Source of the DNA: Camelus dromedarius
Lineage: Eukaryota
NCBI RefSeq assembly: GCF_036321535.1
Contig: NC_087437.1
Span: 25,298,001-25,362,000 of the forward strand
Direction: 5' to 3'
Length of the DNA: 64,000 nt
A program made the position numbers and the translations under genes. This document shows positions 36,575 to 50,194 of the stretch, in pieces. Every line of letters begins with the position of its first letter. Position 1 is the first letter of the stretch. Below the pieces are notes generated by a model. The model made no database searches. It saw only the letters and a program-made list of their open reading frames with translations, and was not told the origin of the DNA.

Positions 36575-37280
36575 CCTTCTGACTGCAACTATTTTTTCCC
36601 TACTCTTATCTATCCTTACCTACTAAAGAAGTTTTTCTGAAATAGCATTTAAATATACAGTTGCCCTGCTCTGGAATCTACCACAAAAAGAATCAGCTTC
36701 TTAGTAGGCATAGCTTTCAACACCTTCTGTTTCTGGCCCAAAGTCCTACTCATCTTACTACCCAACACACACCTCAGGCTCATCAGGCAAGCCTTCTCAT
36801 CTGCCTGGTCATTCCCACCTTGAGCTCTGCTTCTGAGTCCTGGTCTCTGTTTATTTCAACCCAACACATTTTTAGACACTCAGCTTGAGAACCACCTCCA
36901 GCCTTCCCTAACTTAGTTATGCAGCAGAAAGAACATAAGCTCTGGAGTCAAATTCCCAAAAGCTACTTAGCTTCTCTGATACTAATTTTCTCCTCTATAA
37001 TATGAGTGAAATAATTCCTATCTTAGAGGGGTATTATGAAAAGAATACCGAGCTTACACAAATCTTCCCTTTAATTCCTTTTGCTTTATTGACCGAATGC
37101 TATTTTTCTTTCTTTCTTTCTTTTTTCTGATAATATTGATGATATTTGTCAATTCTGGCACCCAAGAAAATTTGCATGTTCTGTGAGGACATAAGCCATG
37201 TTTCTTGCTTCTTTTGTGTTCTCTGCTGTAGTTCTGGACACATTGAAGTGCTCAAGAAATATATGCTTCTAAATTAGTTA
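36575..37280 (+). mobile_element. LINE L2 3' fragment with an internal MIR (~36920-37060)
   Basis: L2 body; MIR piece agctctggagtcaaa...ttttctcctctataatatg...; L2 tail ttctggacacattgaagtgctcaagaaatatatg. Confidence 0.6.
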
Positions 37281-37470
37281 ATCACATAGATGTCTATAAA
37301 TAAATAAAAAAGGAAAAACTGAAGAACTAATGAATGCTTTGGATACAGCACAAAACTGTTTCAACATATGCACAACCAGCTAGACACGAAACCCAGCTAT
37401 GACAAAACATAAAAAATAAGAGAAATTAAACAATTTAAGTGAAATAGAATATTCTACCAGAATTCTTTTT

Positions 37471-37740
37471 TAAAACACTGAACTCACAGACACAGAGAAC
37501 AGATTGGTAGTTGCCAGGGGCAGGGGTGTGTAGGGTGGGAAAAATGGTTGAAGGTGATCAAAAGGTACAAACTTCCAGTTATAAGATAAGTAAGTCTTGG
37601 GGATGTAAGGTACAGTGTGGTGAAAACAGTTAACAATACTGTATGGTATATTTGAAAGCTGCTAATAATAGAAGAGATCTTAAAATTTCTCATCTCAAGG
37701 AAAAATATTTTAACTATGTGTGGTGACAGATATTAACTAA
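37471..37740 (+). mobile_element. L1MA9-like 3' UTR fragment
   Basis: actcacagacacagagaacagattggtagttgccagggg...caaaaggtacaaacttccagttataagataagtaagtc...gttaacaatactgtat. Confidence 0.85.
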
Positions 37741-38549
37741 TAGGTTCAATAAGCAGTAACTTAATAAACATTAGCTATTTTGCCATGCAATTATACTAAT
37801 CCAATATGAATTCTCACATTTAACCACATGTATACAGAATATAGTTGCTAATGGTTTTTCTACAAAGGGTGGTTATCACCTCTACAATCATAACTCAAAA
37901 GTAGATATCAAAGCTGCCTATTTACATATTTAGAAAAAAATAACAAAGAGAAAAAGTACAGTTGTGTAAAATGTAGAATTTTCCACTTCCTAAAAGGTAA
38001 AGAATATTTAATGTTAAATAAAATATAAAAACATCCATTTTCCTAAATGAAAGTTAATTGTGAGATGAGCTACAGTGTCATTCTGCTGTGATGATCCAAA
38101 TGTGTTTTCCATTTCATATTTAGTAATTAAACACAAAACACTGTCTGATGATATTTTGGCAATTTGATTCCAATAGTGCTTCAGAGAAGCCTGTGGATGA
38201 ACTTAAAAGGCATGATCAGGGATCATGCCTGCACAGCATCAAAACCTAGTTTATGTAATCAGGGGATCTGTTTTGTCTCTAGGTAAAATTAGATATTGCT
38301 TGACTAATATTTGTTTATTTGATTATGAGACAAAATTTTATCTCATTATGCTTGAATTGTGTATATCAAAGAAGTATATATGCAGTGTACTCAGATTCAT
38401 GAGAAATGTCCTACTTTCAGTGACTTCTTGATCCAAGCTCTCAGAACATTTCCCACCAAACTTTTAAGGCCCTCATAATCTTTTGTTTAAAATACTTATT
38501 TATAGAAAATTCAATATAGCATAGATATCAGCAGTTTCTATCTTGCAAA

Positions 38550-38720
38550 TAATAGGACACGAGTTCAAATCCTGAAATTCCCATTTCAATTTATATTACT
38601 TGCAGGAAGTTACTTAACATCTTTAAACCTTGTTTTTTATCACTTATAAAATAAAGTTAATAACAGCACCTCACAGAGCTTTTGAAAGAATTAAATATTC
38701 AATATATATTTTTAACGGTT
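38550..38720 (+). mobile_element. MIR SINE
   Basis: gagttcaaatcctg...gaagttacttaacatctttaaaccttg...ataacagcacctcacagag. Confidence 0.65.
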
Positions 38721-39200
38721 AAAATTAACTGCCTCCTGACCCCAAAGCTGCAAACCTTAAGGATGTGAACAGTGCTGGTTTTTATTTCAGCCCCTGTACC
38801 TGGAAGATTGCCTGATACATGATACAGATTTAATAAATATTTGTTGAATAAAAACAAATAAAATTTGGAGTTGAATACAAATACTAAGATATGCTTATAC
38901 ACTTGCAGTGTTCCATCCAAAATATATTGGGGAAAAAAAAAAAACCCTTTTCAGGATGCCATATTATCCCAAGTACTTGGTCAAGATGGAGAGAGAGAAA
39001 GCATTGATGAGATAATAGGTTCTGTTGTAATTTAACTTTGGACATTTGGACAAGATTACACTGAATTTCAAGTCTACTCATACAAATTTCAAATCTACTT
39101 ACACAGATATGTAGAAACTCTCCTATGTTATTCTAATGAAACAAGTAATTAAATATATTGCCTTCAGAATTCATCCAGGGTGGTGAAGAAAATAAAATAA

Positions 39201-39305
39201 TTTTTAAACTGTATGAGAGTGATTTATACGCTATATGAGAATTTTAAACTATATGAGAAAACAAACTGAGTTTTAAACTGTATGAGTTTTTTTAAACTAT
39301 TTGAG
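39201..39305. repeat. Degenerate minisatellite, unit ~ttttaaactrtatgag
   Basis: About 5-6 imperfect copies directly visible. Confidence 0.75.
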
Positions 39306-39539
39306 GACAGAAGATGAGTATAAGCAGCAAATAAAACTATCTCAATGATTTATTTATTAAAAATTTTCACATGGATGAGTTATTGAGTTCTCAAGCTTTA
39401 CCTGAGAAAGGACATACAATGTGAGTATTAAAATTTTAATTATCCCCTACACTACAAAGTAGAAATCATTTAACACATCATGTTCAAATTCCTTACCACT
39501 TATTCATTCAACAGAGATCTTTCTGTTGAGGCATTTTTG

Positions 39540-39755
39540 TAGACCCACCCTGTCTAAACAGTAGGCAGTAGCCATGTATCACTGTTTAATTTTACATTTA
39601 CATTAAATAAAATTAAATACAATTTAAAATTTGGTTTCTTAGTCACACATTTCAATTGCCTGATAGCCACATGCAGCTAGTGGCTACCATACTGGACAGT
39701 GAAGAAAACATTCCTGCCACTGAAGAAAGTTCTGTAGCAAAAGCACTCTTCTAGA
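39540..39755. mobile_element. MER3-like hAT-Charlie DNA transposon
   Basis: tagccacatgcagctagtggctaccatactggacagtg...gaaagttctgt...tctaga. Confidence 0.85.
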
Positions 39756-42368
39756 CTGTTGCAGGACTTTGTAAGGGGGAGAGACCAGGTCCTTTAAGCC
39801 AAAAAACTGAAGACAGGAGATGATACATGAGCAAAAATCACTTTAGCATGAAACAGTTTTAATTTTACAAAACCAAGTGTCCTAGGAATACTGAGTATGG
39901 AGTGACCACAGAAGAACTGATGTTAAGATTTGAGTTTAATTTTGAAGATTGAGCAAGATCACACTTGCATCAGTTGCAGGGCTTTAAATTTCCCATTTCA
40001 TATGAAAAACCTTAGAGCAGAGAGTCTACGAAAATGAAGATTTGTAATGCTGCTTGACTAAGTTTCTTCCTACTTCATAAATGGCTTTACAGTTTTCCTA
40101 GAAGCATTTAAGGTGAATTTATTTTCAACTTAAGAAAGTTGATATTCGGTAGTTTCCAAATAACTTATTTGTTGACTACTTGGGAAGTAACGCACTTCTA
40201 TTTCAAACTCAAAATCGCTTTGTTGATATTTAACCTGGTTCAAGTTAAGAAAAAAACACTGAGTATAATTTGTTCAATGCAAAATTAACTTAGGATCAAA
40301 GCTATAGATTTAGCTTACAGAATTCTTTCCTGAGATAAAGCATTTATATAAAAAGTTACAAAAAATATTTTTGTTCTGACCAGCCATATCTTTATAGTGT
40401 TCTTTCTTTCTCTTTCTTAGAACATAAACACAGCTAATACATAAGGCTAAGAGTTTAAAATGACTGAGAAGCTATTATGCTGGCCTATTTTCCTCAGTAG
40501 CATTACTGACAAGCTCTCACTATGATGGCAAGGCCCTCCTTAGGTGTCCCACAGAGGTGTAATAACTTACCAACACAAGGTGGTGCTCTGTTCTTATGAA
40601 ACAGCCAGTCTTTGATTTGTTTCTAGGAAGCAGAGGTCAAACAACCTTATTGCCTGACCAGTTTTGGGGAAGGTTTTCAAAACTGTTAATGTATAATTCT
40701 TACTTGAAAACCACATTGCAGCCATTTAACACTCTTAGAAAGCTATCCTAATCATCATTCCAACCACTGCGGGAGGATCCAATTTATCTCATTGTACTCA
40801 ACAGTATTCATTCTGATGACAGTAGGCATTAGATCTCTGATTGCTTCTTTTCATTCTCTCTGTTTGTGATTCCTTTTGATCAGATAGTTCTTATGCTTTA
40901 TCTTTGGGTTATCTCAAGCCTATTGTTTCTGTGAATTGATCAGAAAGTTTTCCAATGAAGTCATTCAGGTTGGCCTCCACCTGGTAAGAATGGCTTTGAC
41001 CCTCCTTCTATCAATCACTAAATTAATTAATCACTGATTTTTTTCTGCTTCTTACATAAGTATGAACATACATAAGAGCCATATGATTACATATTTATAT
41101 ATTTACCCAGTGAAAAATCTCTACCTCTGCCTTCCTCTAGGGAAACCCTGACAGAATAATTTGAAAATGTGACACATGCAGAGCTAACCACGTTTAAAAA
41201 TAATCCCCCTTGTTTTTGGAGAGGGGACAGGCAAATGCTGTATTCCATTTAACAATTTTTTTCTGCTGAAGAATAATTAGATACAGTTTCAAATCCCAGC
41301 ATTTTCCTTTTTTCCTTTTCCTGCTTCCATAGTCACTAGACACTTAGATAAGTTCAAACAGAGATATATATCCCCAGAAAGAGCTAAAGGAATGATTATA
41401 ACATTCCATAATTTCCCATATTCCAAATCTACTGCTGAAATGGAATCTATGACCCTAACCCACCAGGTAGGCAAATGTTTATTTTTAATATTCCTCAAGG
41501 ATTCCAAGGATTTGATCTCAAAATAATTTCAATCCATATTATTCTAGTCTGAATCTTATGAAAATATTTATTCTGTTTACAAATGGTTAACATTTTTTCA
41601 AGAAATAAGACTGGGAAAAGTTGCATATTTTTCAAATGTTTTAAAATTGCAAAATAAATACACTCAAGAAAAAAAGATGAGAAATAGTTCTACTTGTTTG
41701 GCTCTATAATCACATCTCTAAAGAAAGTTTGCTGACGCCATGATAATGTCATAAGATCAGCTCTTCAAAGAACATACTGTTTGGTTACTATAGCATTTCT
41801 GTATTCGGATTAATTGGAAACGGAAATGTGGATAGCATTAGCTTTGAAATTAAATGAGCCCCCTAATGGAGAAGCTAATTACTGGATTCATTTTGACATT
41901 CTGTTTTACCAGTAAAACTTTAGGTTATTGAATTGAACAATATGTACTGAGGACTAGAAATGGAAATCAGGGCATCCGTGGACAGAGCAGAGTAGAACCG
42001 ATGGCTCTTACTGACTCAGAACTGGTATTAGTTTTTTGTTAAAGAGGATTATTATTGTTAATATTGTCACCTTTATGGCAAAGGTTCTAATATGAAGAGC
42101 ACTTGGAATTCTTAAAAAGCTTCCATTAGTCTATTCAATACCTTACTTCTGACTTCTATTAATGTATCTTTCCCACTGTGTGATTAGCTGGCTCCACCGG
42201 AAGCCATATGGGTTGGGAAGAATTAGGGAGGAAACCTATGTGCCTGAAAGACAGAATGGTAATTTATCTGGGTTTCAGTATAAAAATGTTTTTCTCCTTG
42301 AGGCTTCATTTTCTGAACAGAAATTTGTAGTGAACAAAGACCACATTCATAGTATTGTGCTCTTCAAG

Positions 42369-42394
42369 ACACACACACACACACACACACACAC
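42369..42394. repeat. (AC)n microsatellite
   Basis: Directly visible. Confidence 0.95.
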
Positions 42395-43399
42395 CCCTAA
42401 CCCCCACATACACAACCACAATAAAGATAGCAGGTGATGGTTTGGGGAAAATTCAGCTGCCCTTGTTATGCTATTTAAATAATGGAACATATAGCACTAA
42501 TACCCATGACCATTTAAAAATCAAGTAGTAGTAATTATTACTTTACCAAAGTACTCAGGTTCTTAGGAACCAGAGAGAAATTTTTTAGCATCACATTAGA
42601 TATGTAACTAATTCTTAAATAAGACTGATCTGATTTTGCAACTCTTTGGATCACTTTTGGTATGAAGGTCTAAGTAATGTCCCCAAATTCTGATTCAATA
42701 AATCAGTGTTTGGAAAATGCTAGCCTAGAAGGGTCTTTATGATTGAAAGCCAATAGTTGATGTTCCTGACAGAGCTTAGTGCTAAAGACACGGATTTTTG
42801 CAGCTACTCCATAATCATCCCAATACCTGCTTTCTCTCTACCTCCCATGGCCTAAATTGGGATAATCTCTAGAATTCTCTCCAAGAGGAGAAAATAAAAC
42901 ATCTGCTTAGCGTATACCAATCTTTATTCTATGCTTCTCTTTTTGGGTTCCCCACTATTCAGAGGGCTTCCAGCCATATACTAACCGTGTGCCAAAGGAC
43001 ACCATGTATTCCTTCTAAGATTCTTGAGTCATAATGAACCAATAAGACTTTCAATAAAGCACATGTCTCCCAGTGTTTAGATGAGTTAAATTTTTGTAAA
43101 TTATGTGTCAAACACATTAATAGAAACCATACATTTTTCTGCTTTACTCCAAGTATTTTATATTGACATTCCATAACTGGAAAATTAGAAGTTGGCCAAG
43201 TGTCAACTTTTTAATCACAATAATATATAACAATTTAAAAAAAAATAACTCCTTTATTTTACCTATAAGAACTAGGTCTAGAGGAGTGAACTGTTTTTTT
43301 TTAAGATCCCATAGCGGAGAACTTTTGAGGTTTCAGGCCCAAGTAACAGAAAAACAGGAATTTTATCAAGATATAGACTCTGGCATTGGGGAGGTTTAA

Positions 43400-45004
43400 A
43401 AAAAAAAAAAGAAATAACAGGCATTCAGAATGGAAGGGAAGAAGTTAAAACGGTCACTGTTTGCAGATGACATGCTACTATGTGTAGAAAACCCTGAAGT
43501 CTCCACCAAAAACTGTTAGAACTAATAAATGAATTTAGTAAATTTGCAGGATGCAAGATTAATAAATGGAAATCTGTTGCATTTCTACACTGATACTGAA
43601 CTACCATAAAGAGAAACCAAGAAAACAACCTCTTTTACAATCAAATCAAAAAGAATAAAATACCTAGGAATAAATTTAACAAAGGAGATGAAAGACCTAT
43701 ACTCTGAAGCTATTAAAACATTGATGAAGAAAATTGAAGAATATACAAATAAATGGAAAGATACACTGCACTTGTGGAGTGGAAGAACTAATATTGTTAA
43801 AATGTTTATGCTACCTTTGCAATCAGCAGATGTATTATAATCCCTATCAAAATACCCAGGACATTTTTTCACAGAACTATAATAATCCAAAAATTTGTAT
43901 GAAACCACAAAAGACCCCAACTAGCCAAGCCATCTTGAGAAAAAAGAACGAAGCCAAAAGTATCATGCTCCCTGACTTCAGACTACACTACAAAGATACA
44001 GTAAGTAAACAGTATGACACTGGCACAAAAACAGACACATAAATCAATGGAATAGAATGGAGAGCCCAGAAATAAACCCACACACATATGGTCAATTAAT
44101 CTATTACAAATGAGGCAAATATACAATGGGGAATATACAATGGGGAAAAGACAGCGTCCTCAATAAGCGGTGCTGGGAAAACTAAACAACTTCATGTAAA
44201 AGAATGAAACTAGAAAATTTTCTCACACCATACACAGAAATAAGTTCAAACTATATAAAGACCTAAATGTAAGACAAGAAACCATAAAACTCCTAGAAGA
44301 AAACATAGGCAGTACACTCTTTGACATCAGTCTTAGCAATATATATGTATTTTTTTTGTCTCCTGAAGCAAGGGAAACTAAAGCAAATATAAATAAATGG
44401 GAACTGATCACTTACAAGCTTCTTCACAGTGTAAGAAACAATCAACAAAATGAAAAGACAACCTACTGAATGGGAGGAGATATTTGCAAAAGATATTTTC
44501 AATAAAGAGTTAATATTCAAACAACCCAATTACAAAATGGGCAGAGGGCCTGAATAGGCATTTTTCTGAAGAAGACATACAGGTGGCTAACAGGCACATG
44601 GAAAGATGCTCAATATCAGTAATTATCAGGGAAATGCAAATCAAAACTACAGGAAATAACATCTCATACCTAACAGAATGGTTATCATCAAAAAGACAAG
44701 AAATAAATGTTGGCAAGGATGTAGAGAAAAGAGAATCCTCATGCACTGCTGGTGGTAATGTAAACTGGTGTAGCTGCTATAGAAAATAGTATGGAGGTTC
44801 CTCAAAAAGTTAGAAAGTCCACCATATGATCCAGCAATTCCACTCCTGGTTATTTATCCAGTGAAAATGAAAACACTAATTTGAAAAGTTACATGCACCC
44901 TGATGTTCCTATCAGCTTTATTTATAACAGTGAAGATATGGAAACAATCTAACTGTCCAGAATGAATGGATAAAGAAGATATGATATATTTGTATATATC
45001 TATA

Positions 45005-45054
<50 letters not shown>

Positions 45055-45495
45055 ATCACACAATAGAATATTACTCAGCTGTTAAAAAAGAATGAAATGC
45101 TATTTGTGACATGGGTAATCTATATGTTTAGTGAAAAAAGTCAGACAAAGACAAATATTATATGTTTTCACTTACATGTGGAATCTGTAAGATGAAACAA
45201 ATGAATAAATATAACAAAACAGAAACAGACTCTCAGATACAGAGTTTATTCTCTGTATTACCAGAGGGGAGAGTGGTGGAGAGAGTGGCAAAATAGGGGA
45301 AAAGGACTTGAGGTACAAACTGCTAGGTATAAAATAAATAAGTTATAAGGGTGTAATGTACAGCATAACACAAGGAAGATAGTATTTTATAGTAACTTTA
45401 TATAGAGTATGTTCTATAAAAATATTGATTTACTATGTTGTACCCTTGAAACTAATATTATATATCAACTATAGTTAAACTTAAAAAAGAAGAAA
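43400..45495 (+). mobile_element. L1 5'-truncated copy (~2.1 kb): inactive ORF2 RT/C-terminal region plus 3' UTR
   Basis: ctgtttgcagatgacatg encodes LFADDM (RT motif); [27 protein letters not shown] and [10 protein letters not shown] motifs are broken by frameshifts and stops; artiodactyl-type 3' UTR and A-rich tail. Confidence 0.95.
45008..45054. repeat. (TATC)n tetranucleotide microsatellite inside L1
   Basis: About 11 perfect units. Confidence 0.95.
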
Positions 45496-47240
45496 ATTAC
45501 ATCAATTTATTTTCCCACTAACAGTGTATCAAAGTGTCCATTGCCTCACATCCTCACCAGCACTATATATTTCTAAATTTTTGTAACTTTGGATGATTAA
45601 TTTTATTTTTACAGAATTAAGTTGTTTCAATAATATTCACTTTTGATTACTAAGCAGTAGACATTGGATATTGTATTTCTTCTTCAATATTGCATTTTCA
45701 TGTCATTTGCTCCTTTTGTTTCTGTTAGAATATCTGTCCTTTCCTTATTTGATTTTTAAAGGATCATTACATGTAAAAGATTTAATGTTTCACATTTAAT
45801 TTAAAATAATTGAATCAAACAAATTCCATTTTTCATTTGTGAGGATTTCACCCTGCTTTCCACTCTGGAAGTCAAATGGGAAATAACATTTTCTCTCTCT
45901 ATCCTCTGGCAAGCAGATCAGAGTCACCTGATCTAAAGCTGGCCAATCAGATGCTTTTACTGGCAACGATGAACCTAGAGAATATGATATCAAGACAGAG
46001 AGATAATTTGAGGAAGCTGTGGTAGAGTAAAAGTTCTAGAAGCTTCACAAAGACTACCTGGTGAGAAGATGTTATTCCTGTACAGGACTTCAGCTGTACC
46101 TGTTCTTCCTTGCTTCTGATTCAAAACTGCTTCTCAATCCCTCCTGTTGATTTTGTGAGCAACTTCTAAAATTACTTTTCTGCTTATGTCTTTTTCTGTT
46201 GTTTGTAACTAAGAATATTACTAATACAGATACTTTACAACACATATCTCTAGCAATGTTTTTATAATTTTTCATAATGTATTTCTCATATACTATCTTT
46301 TAATTTTTTTAGTCAAATATATCACTATTTACTCCATGTAGGCTATTACTTATGTATGTTTACAGGACTTTGAAATACCAAAATTATTAAAATATTGATC
46401 TAATATCTCTTCTAGTACTAGTATTATGTCTTTAATACATTTAAATTTTATGTTTATTGTAGGTATGACTTAGAGTTCTGTTTGTTTCATTTCGGTTTTC
46501 AAATACCCAGTTGCCTCTCACTTTTTTTTTTTAATAACCTCAACTTTGTTCAATGATTCAAAAAGCTACTTTTGTCAGATATTAATTCTGCTGGTGATTT
46601 ACAGAGATTGTTCTACTTCATTGATTAGTCTATTCTTGAAGTCTCAATGTAGCTTAAGTTAGACTTTTATATTTGATAAGGTTATTGTCTTCATTACATG
46701 TTTTTTTCCAGAATTCTACTGGATATTTTTATCTACTTATTTTCCTAGATACATTTTACAAATTTTTCAAATAAAAAAATCTTTCTAATTTTGATTGTTA
46801 TTGCATAAAATACTCAGCTTAATTTGAAGGAAATTCACAAATACCCCAAGAACAAGTAATATTTTTATATTTACTCATCTTCTTTTTACATTTCTCAGTA
46901 GAATTTTCTTTTCATGTATGTCCTACACATTTCTAGGTAAATATATGCATTTTGAATTAGATCTTTATTTAATTTCAAAACTGATTATTGTTAGCTTCCA
47001 AGGGATTTATTAGAGGTATTTATTATATTTATTTTGTATCAGTATATTTACTGAACTCACATTTTAATTCTAGTAGTTTGGTTTTCTTGGTATGCAATCA
47101 TGTCATATACAAATAATCATAATTTAATATTCTTTCAATTCATATCTTTTTTCTTTGTGAGATTGGATAGCTCTTTATCATTTAAAAATTATAGTAATGA
47201 GAAAAAGAAATTTCATATCTTGTTTTATGTAATGTAAAGG
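45496..47240 (-). mobile_element. L1ME-type fragment, interrupted by a MaLR LTR
   Basis: ttcccactaacagtgtatc...cacatcctcaccagcact..., continuing as T-rich antisense ORF2 after ~46230. Confidence 0.65.
45838..46228 (+). mobile_element. MaLR solo LTR (MLT1-type)
   Basis: cacctgatctaaagctggccaatcaga...ttttctgttgtttgtaactaagaatattactaataca (MLT1 3' end). Confidence 0.7.
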
Positions 47241-47559
47241 TCATGTCCAACATTTTTTGTTTGTTTGCTTGCTTATTTATCTTTTGTTTCATATAGCATT
47301 AAATTTAATGCTTTTTTGGCAAAGGGTGGAGACTACTAATTTTAAGCATGATGTAGAGTCATATTATTAATAACATTAATAAGGAATTTGTAGGAGGTCA
47401 CTTGTGGCTATGGGAGTTGGGGATTTTTTGTCTGTGTTTGCCTTTTCTCTGTATTTGCTGAAACTTCTCCAGCAGGCACCCACCCAGAAAAAATGGGGAG
47501 AAAGGAGGATTTCATGACCATTGGAAAGTACATTCCAATTTTAGATTGCATTCCTGCAT

Positions 47560-48030
47560 TGCCATTTTGGCAGTACACTGGATAGGATACAAGATTTTCA
47601 GTCTAAGGCTTTTTGTTGATGATTCCCCTACTTTTATGTTATTGGTTCACTGTTGTAAAAAGTGGCTTCAAAATGATTGTTTTCATCTCTTCTGCATTCT
47701 TCTCCAGTCAAAGCAAACTTGGCAGGATCTTGGAAAATCTTCTTTCAGAAAAAGTATACCCAACATGCATATAATACACGTAGCAAATGACCATTCTCTT
47801 TCACAAGGTTTGCACAAGACAGGCAAAATATGGAATTTTACCAAGATCATGTCTTGAAAAACTGAGTCTGAACAATTTAACAAAGGTAGCACAGCAAGAC
47901 TAATAACTGCTGATTCCCAAAGAATATCTTGCTGAAGATGCATTTTACAATGCCCAGATAGAGATTAAGCCTGAAACTATTCATTGGAATATGTAGGTTC
48001 TAGAAGAGTCTCCAAACGAGCTTTAGTTTG
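47560..48030 (+). mobile_element. Ancient RTE/RTE-X-type LINE fossil (L4/L5-like), RT C-terminal region
   Basis: Frameshifted translation SLRLF..TFMLLVHCCKKW...RIL..IPNMHIIHVANDHSLSQ...NNLTKVA...PKN is collinear with RTE-type KLRLFNS..SVLLYGCETW...RRILRI.W...ISN......I...W.GH.LR...NITK.AL...RPKNTW. Confidence 0.45.
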
Positions 48031-50173
48031 CCACTCACTTTAAGGAGTAGGAGGAGGTATATGGCCTACAGGGTAGAAAAATTACATATATATAAGCCTG
48101 TATTGTGTGTGTACATGTGCGTGGAAAGTGGGCACAGATGTTTCTTCCAATAAGTAAAATTCATTTAGACACTTAATCCCTCTGTAAAGAATTACCCAAA
48201 CTCAATCATTTCCCTCTTCTACTGTATAAAATATAGCTGACTATAAGTACAAAAGACAGAAACTATCCAGGGATTAGAGCTAGAAGCCTAACAGGCAGTA
48301 GGGTTGGTTTAATCCCTGGGCTCTGTTCACTCTCCATGCTCTTCTAAAGTGGCTCAGCCCCTCCAGGAGCAGCTCGGAAGGGAAGACAATGATCCAAATG
48401 GCCAACGACTGTTGTGCACCATTTTCTACAAAGGTAGTTAACTTTGAGGGCTCTGGAGATAGTGTGAAGGCACAGATACACATCTGACTTTAGTTTGCCT
48501 GTTTGGATTTTTTTTTTTTTTGTCTTTATGTTTAAGAACCACAATAAATGTCAGGAACTTGATATATAGCAATCTATATATAAAGGCAATGACTGGCAAA
48601 AAGTGTTATTTGTTTATTTGTCTTCCCCGGGGAAGTTGATTCAAAAAAAAACTTCCAAGAAAAACAATGAGACACGGTCAGATCCTCTCCCTTCCAGTTC
48701 TCTCACCAGATACGGAAAGCTACTGATCTGCAGCGGAAGAAGGAGCTTCCATTTTTCCTATGAGGACCCCTAATCAGGGCATTTTGGGGGATTTGATGGA
48801 ATTTTCTCCACTTATTTCTCCTAACAGTGCACTGATATCTTGAGAAAAGAATTTAAGTATCAGTTCTCAAAGCCATCTTTGAATTTGTTGAGTATCTGGG
48901 AAAAAACTGCTTTAAAGTTTAATAGGAAATAGTTGCCAATATTCCCTATTTCATTGCTGATGATATTTTATTCCCCCAATTCTTCTTTTCATCATTTGGA
49001 CAGATTCTAGGAGTAGGGAAAGGGAGTTCTAAGGCAATACCTTTGGCTTCATCTTTTTGAAAAGTTTAATTTAGTTTTTCATATATGTTTTGTTCACCAT
49101 TTTGATTATCTAACGCAGTCATTTTCTAAGAACTAAACTGTGGTCAGGAAAGCAAACGTCAGATGAGCTCTGTTTTCTTTTGGAAAAAAAGAAAAATATC
49201 TAGGTATTTCATGGTAAATAATTGCAACTAAGAGTAATGAGGTAATTAGAACCCATATTATCACAAGCCAAAGATTTTTTAGAGATAATGGACATTGTAC
49301 AAGGATGCAATCTGCCTCTTTCATTGAAAATCAATTCTGTATCTTACTTCTAAAGATCATGTGGTAGCAGCACTGGCAGATTGAGGATTGTTTCCAATGA
49401 GGAAACCTGGTGAGGAAATTGTTCCGCTGTGAATGGTAACAAATTAAAACCACAAATTAACATGAATCCACAGGAAATATTGAATATCACTATAACTTCG
49501 TCATTTAGCTAGAGGTACTCCAAATTACAATGGATTTACAACAGTAGAAATAGGACTATAACCACTGCTACACTTCTTGTCTTTTCACTACTAGAAGTAA
49601 AAAATGGAGAAATTGGCTTCTGTAATATTTCCACATAAGATGAACTACCCCATAAGTTCATTTGTAAAAGGAATTTTCATCTATTTAAACAAAACCTCGT
49701 CTTTCAAAGAAACGGCTTTTCATGAAATATCACATTTACAAAAACATTACACAGTGTTGTTTTAAATATGGGTCCTTTACTTTTTTGGCTACCACATTTC
49801 ATTCATCTCACACACACACCATTATTTCACTATAGGAATGGTTGTCCATTTTTGCAATGATAAATATTGAAGTTCGTAAGGCACATCTTGTATTTTTTCT
49901 AGTATATTTACAATTATGAAAAAATATTTTGGCACAAAATTGCAGCGTGTTTGATAGATGTATGTGCTATATTATAACATGAATTTTCTCTTAAACTAAG
50001 GCTTTTTACTTTGCTTTCCAACCTAAAAACAAATGAGCACCAACATATTTAATAGAAATGCTTCTTTCATAGCTGCATATCTTATATAACAGCAAGACTC
50101 AAAAACATATGCCAGTGCAATTTATTTCTCTAACCAAACGGGTACTTGCTATATGCTTTCATACCTCTAAATA

Positions 50174-50194
50174 TGTGTGTGTGTGTGTGCGTGT
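50174..50194. repeat. (TG)n microsatellite
   Basis: Directly visible. Confidence 0.9.

Noticed and set aside
43425..44789. Cluster of ORFs with RT-like peptides
   Set aside because: Frameshifted remains of L1 ORF2 and its antisense frames; 5'-truncated and inactive, not a gene or novel RT system.
47380..47943. Hydrophobic, protein-looking translations (possible connexin-like or membrane-protein pseudogene)
   Set aside because: Connexin cysteine patterns are absent and no poly(A)/TSD is seen; an RTE-type LINE fossil fits better.
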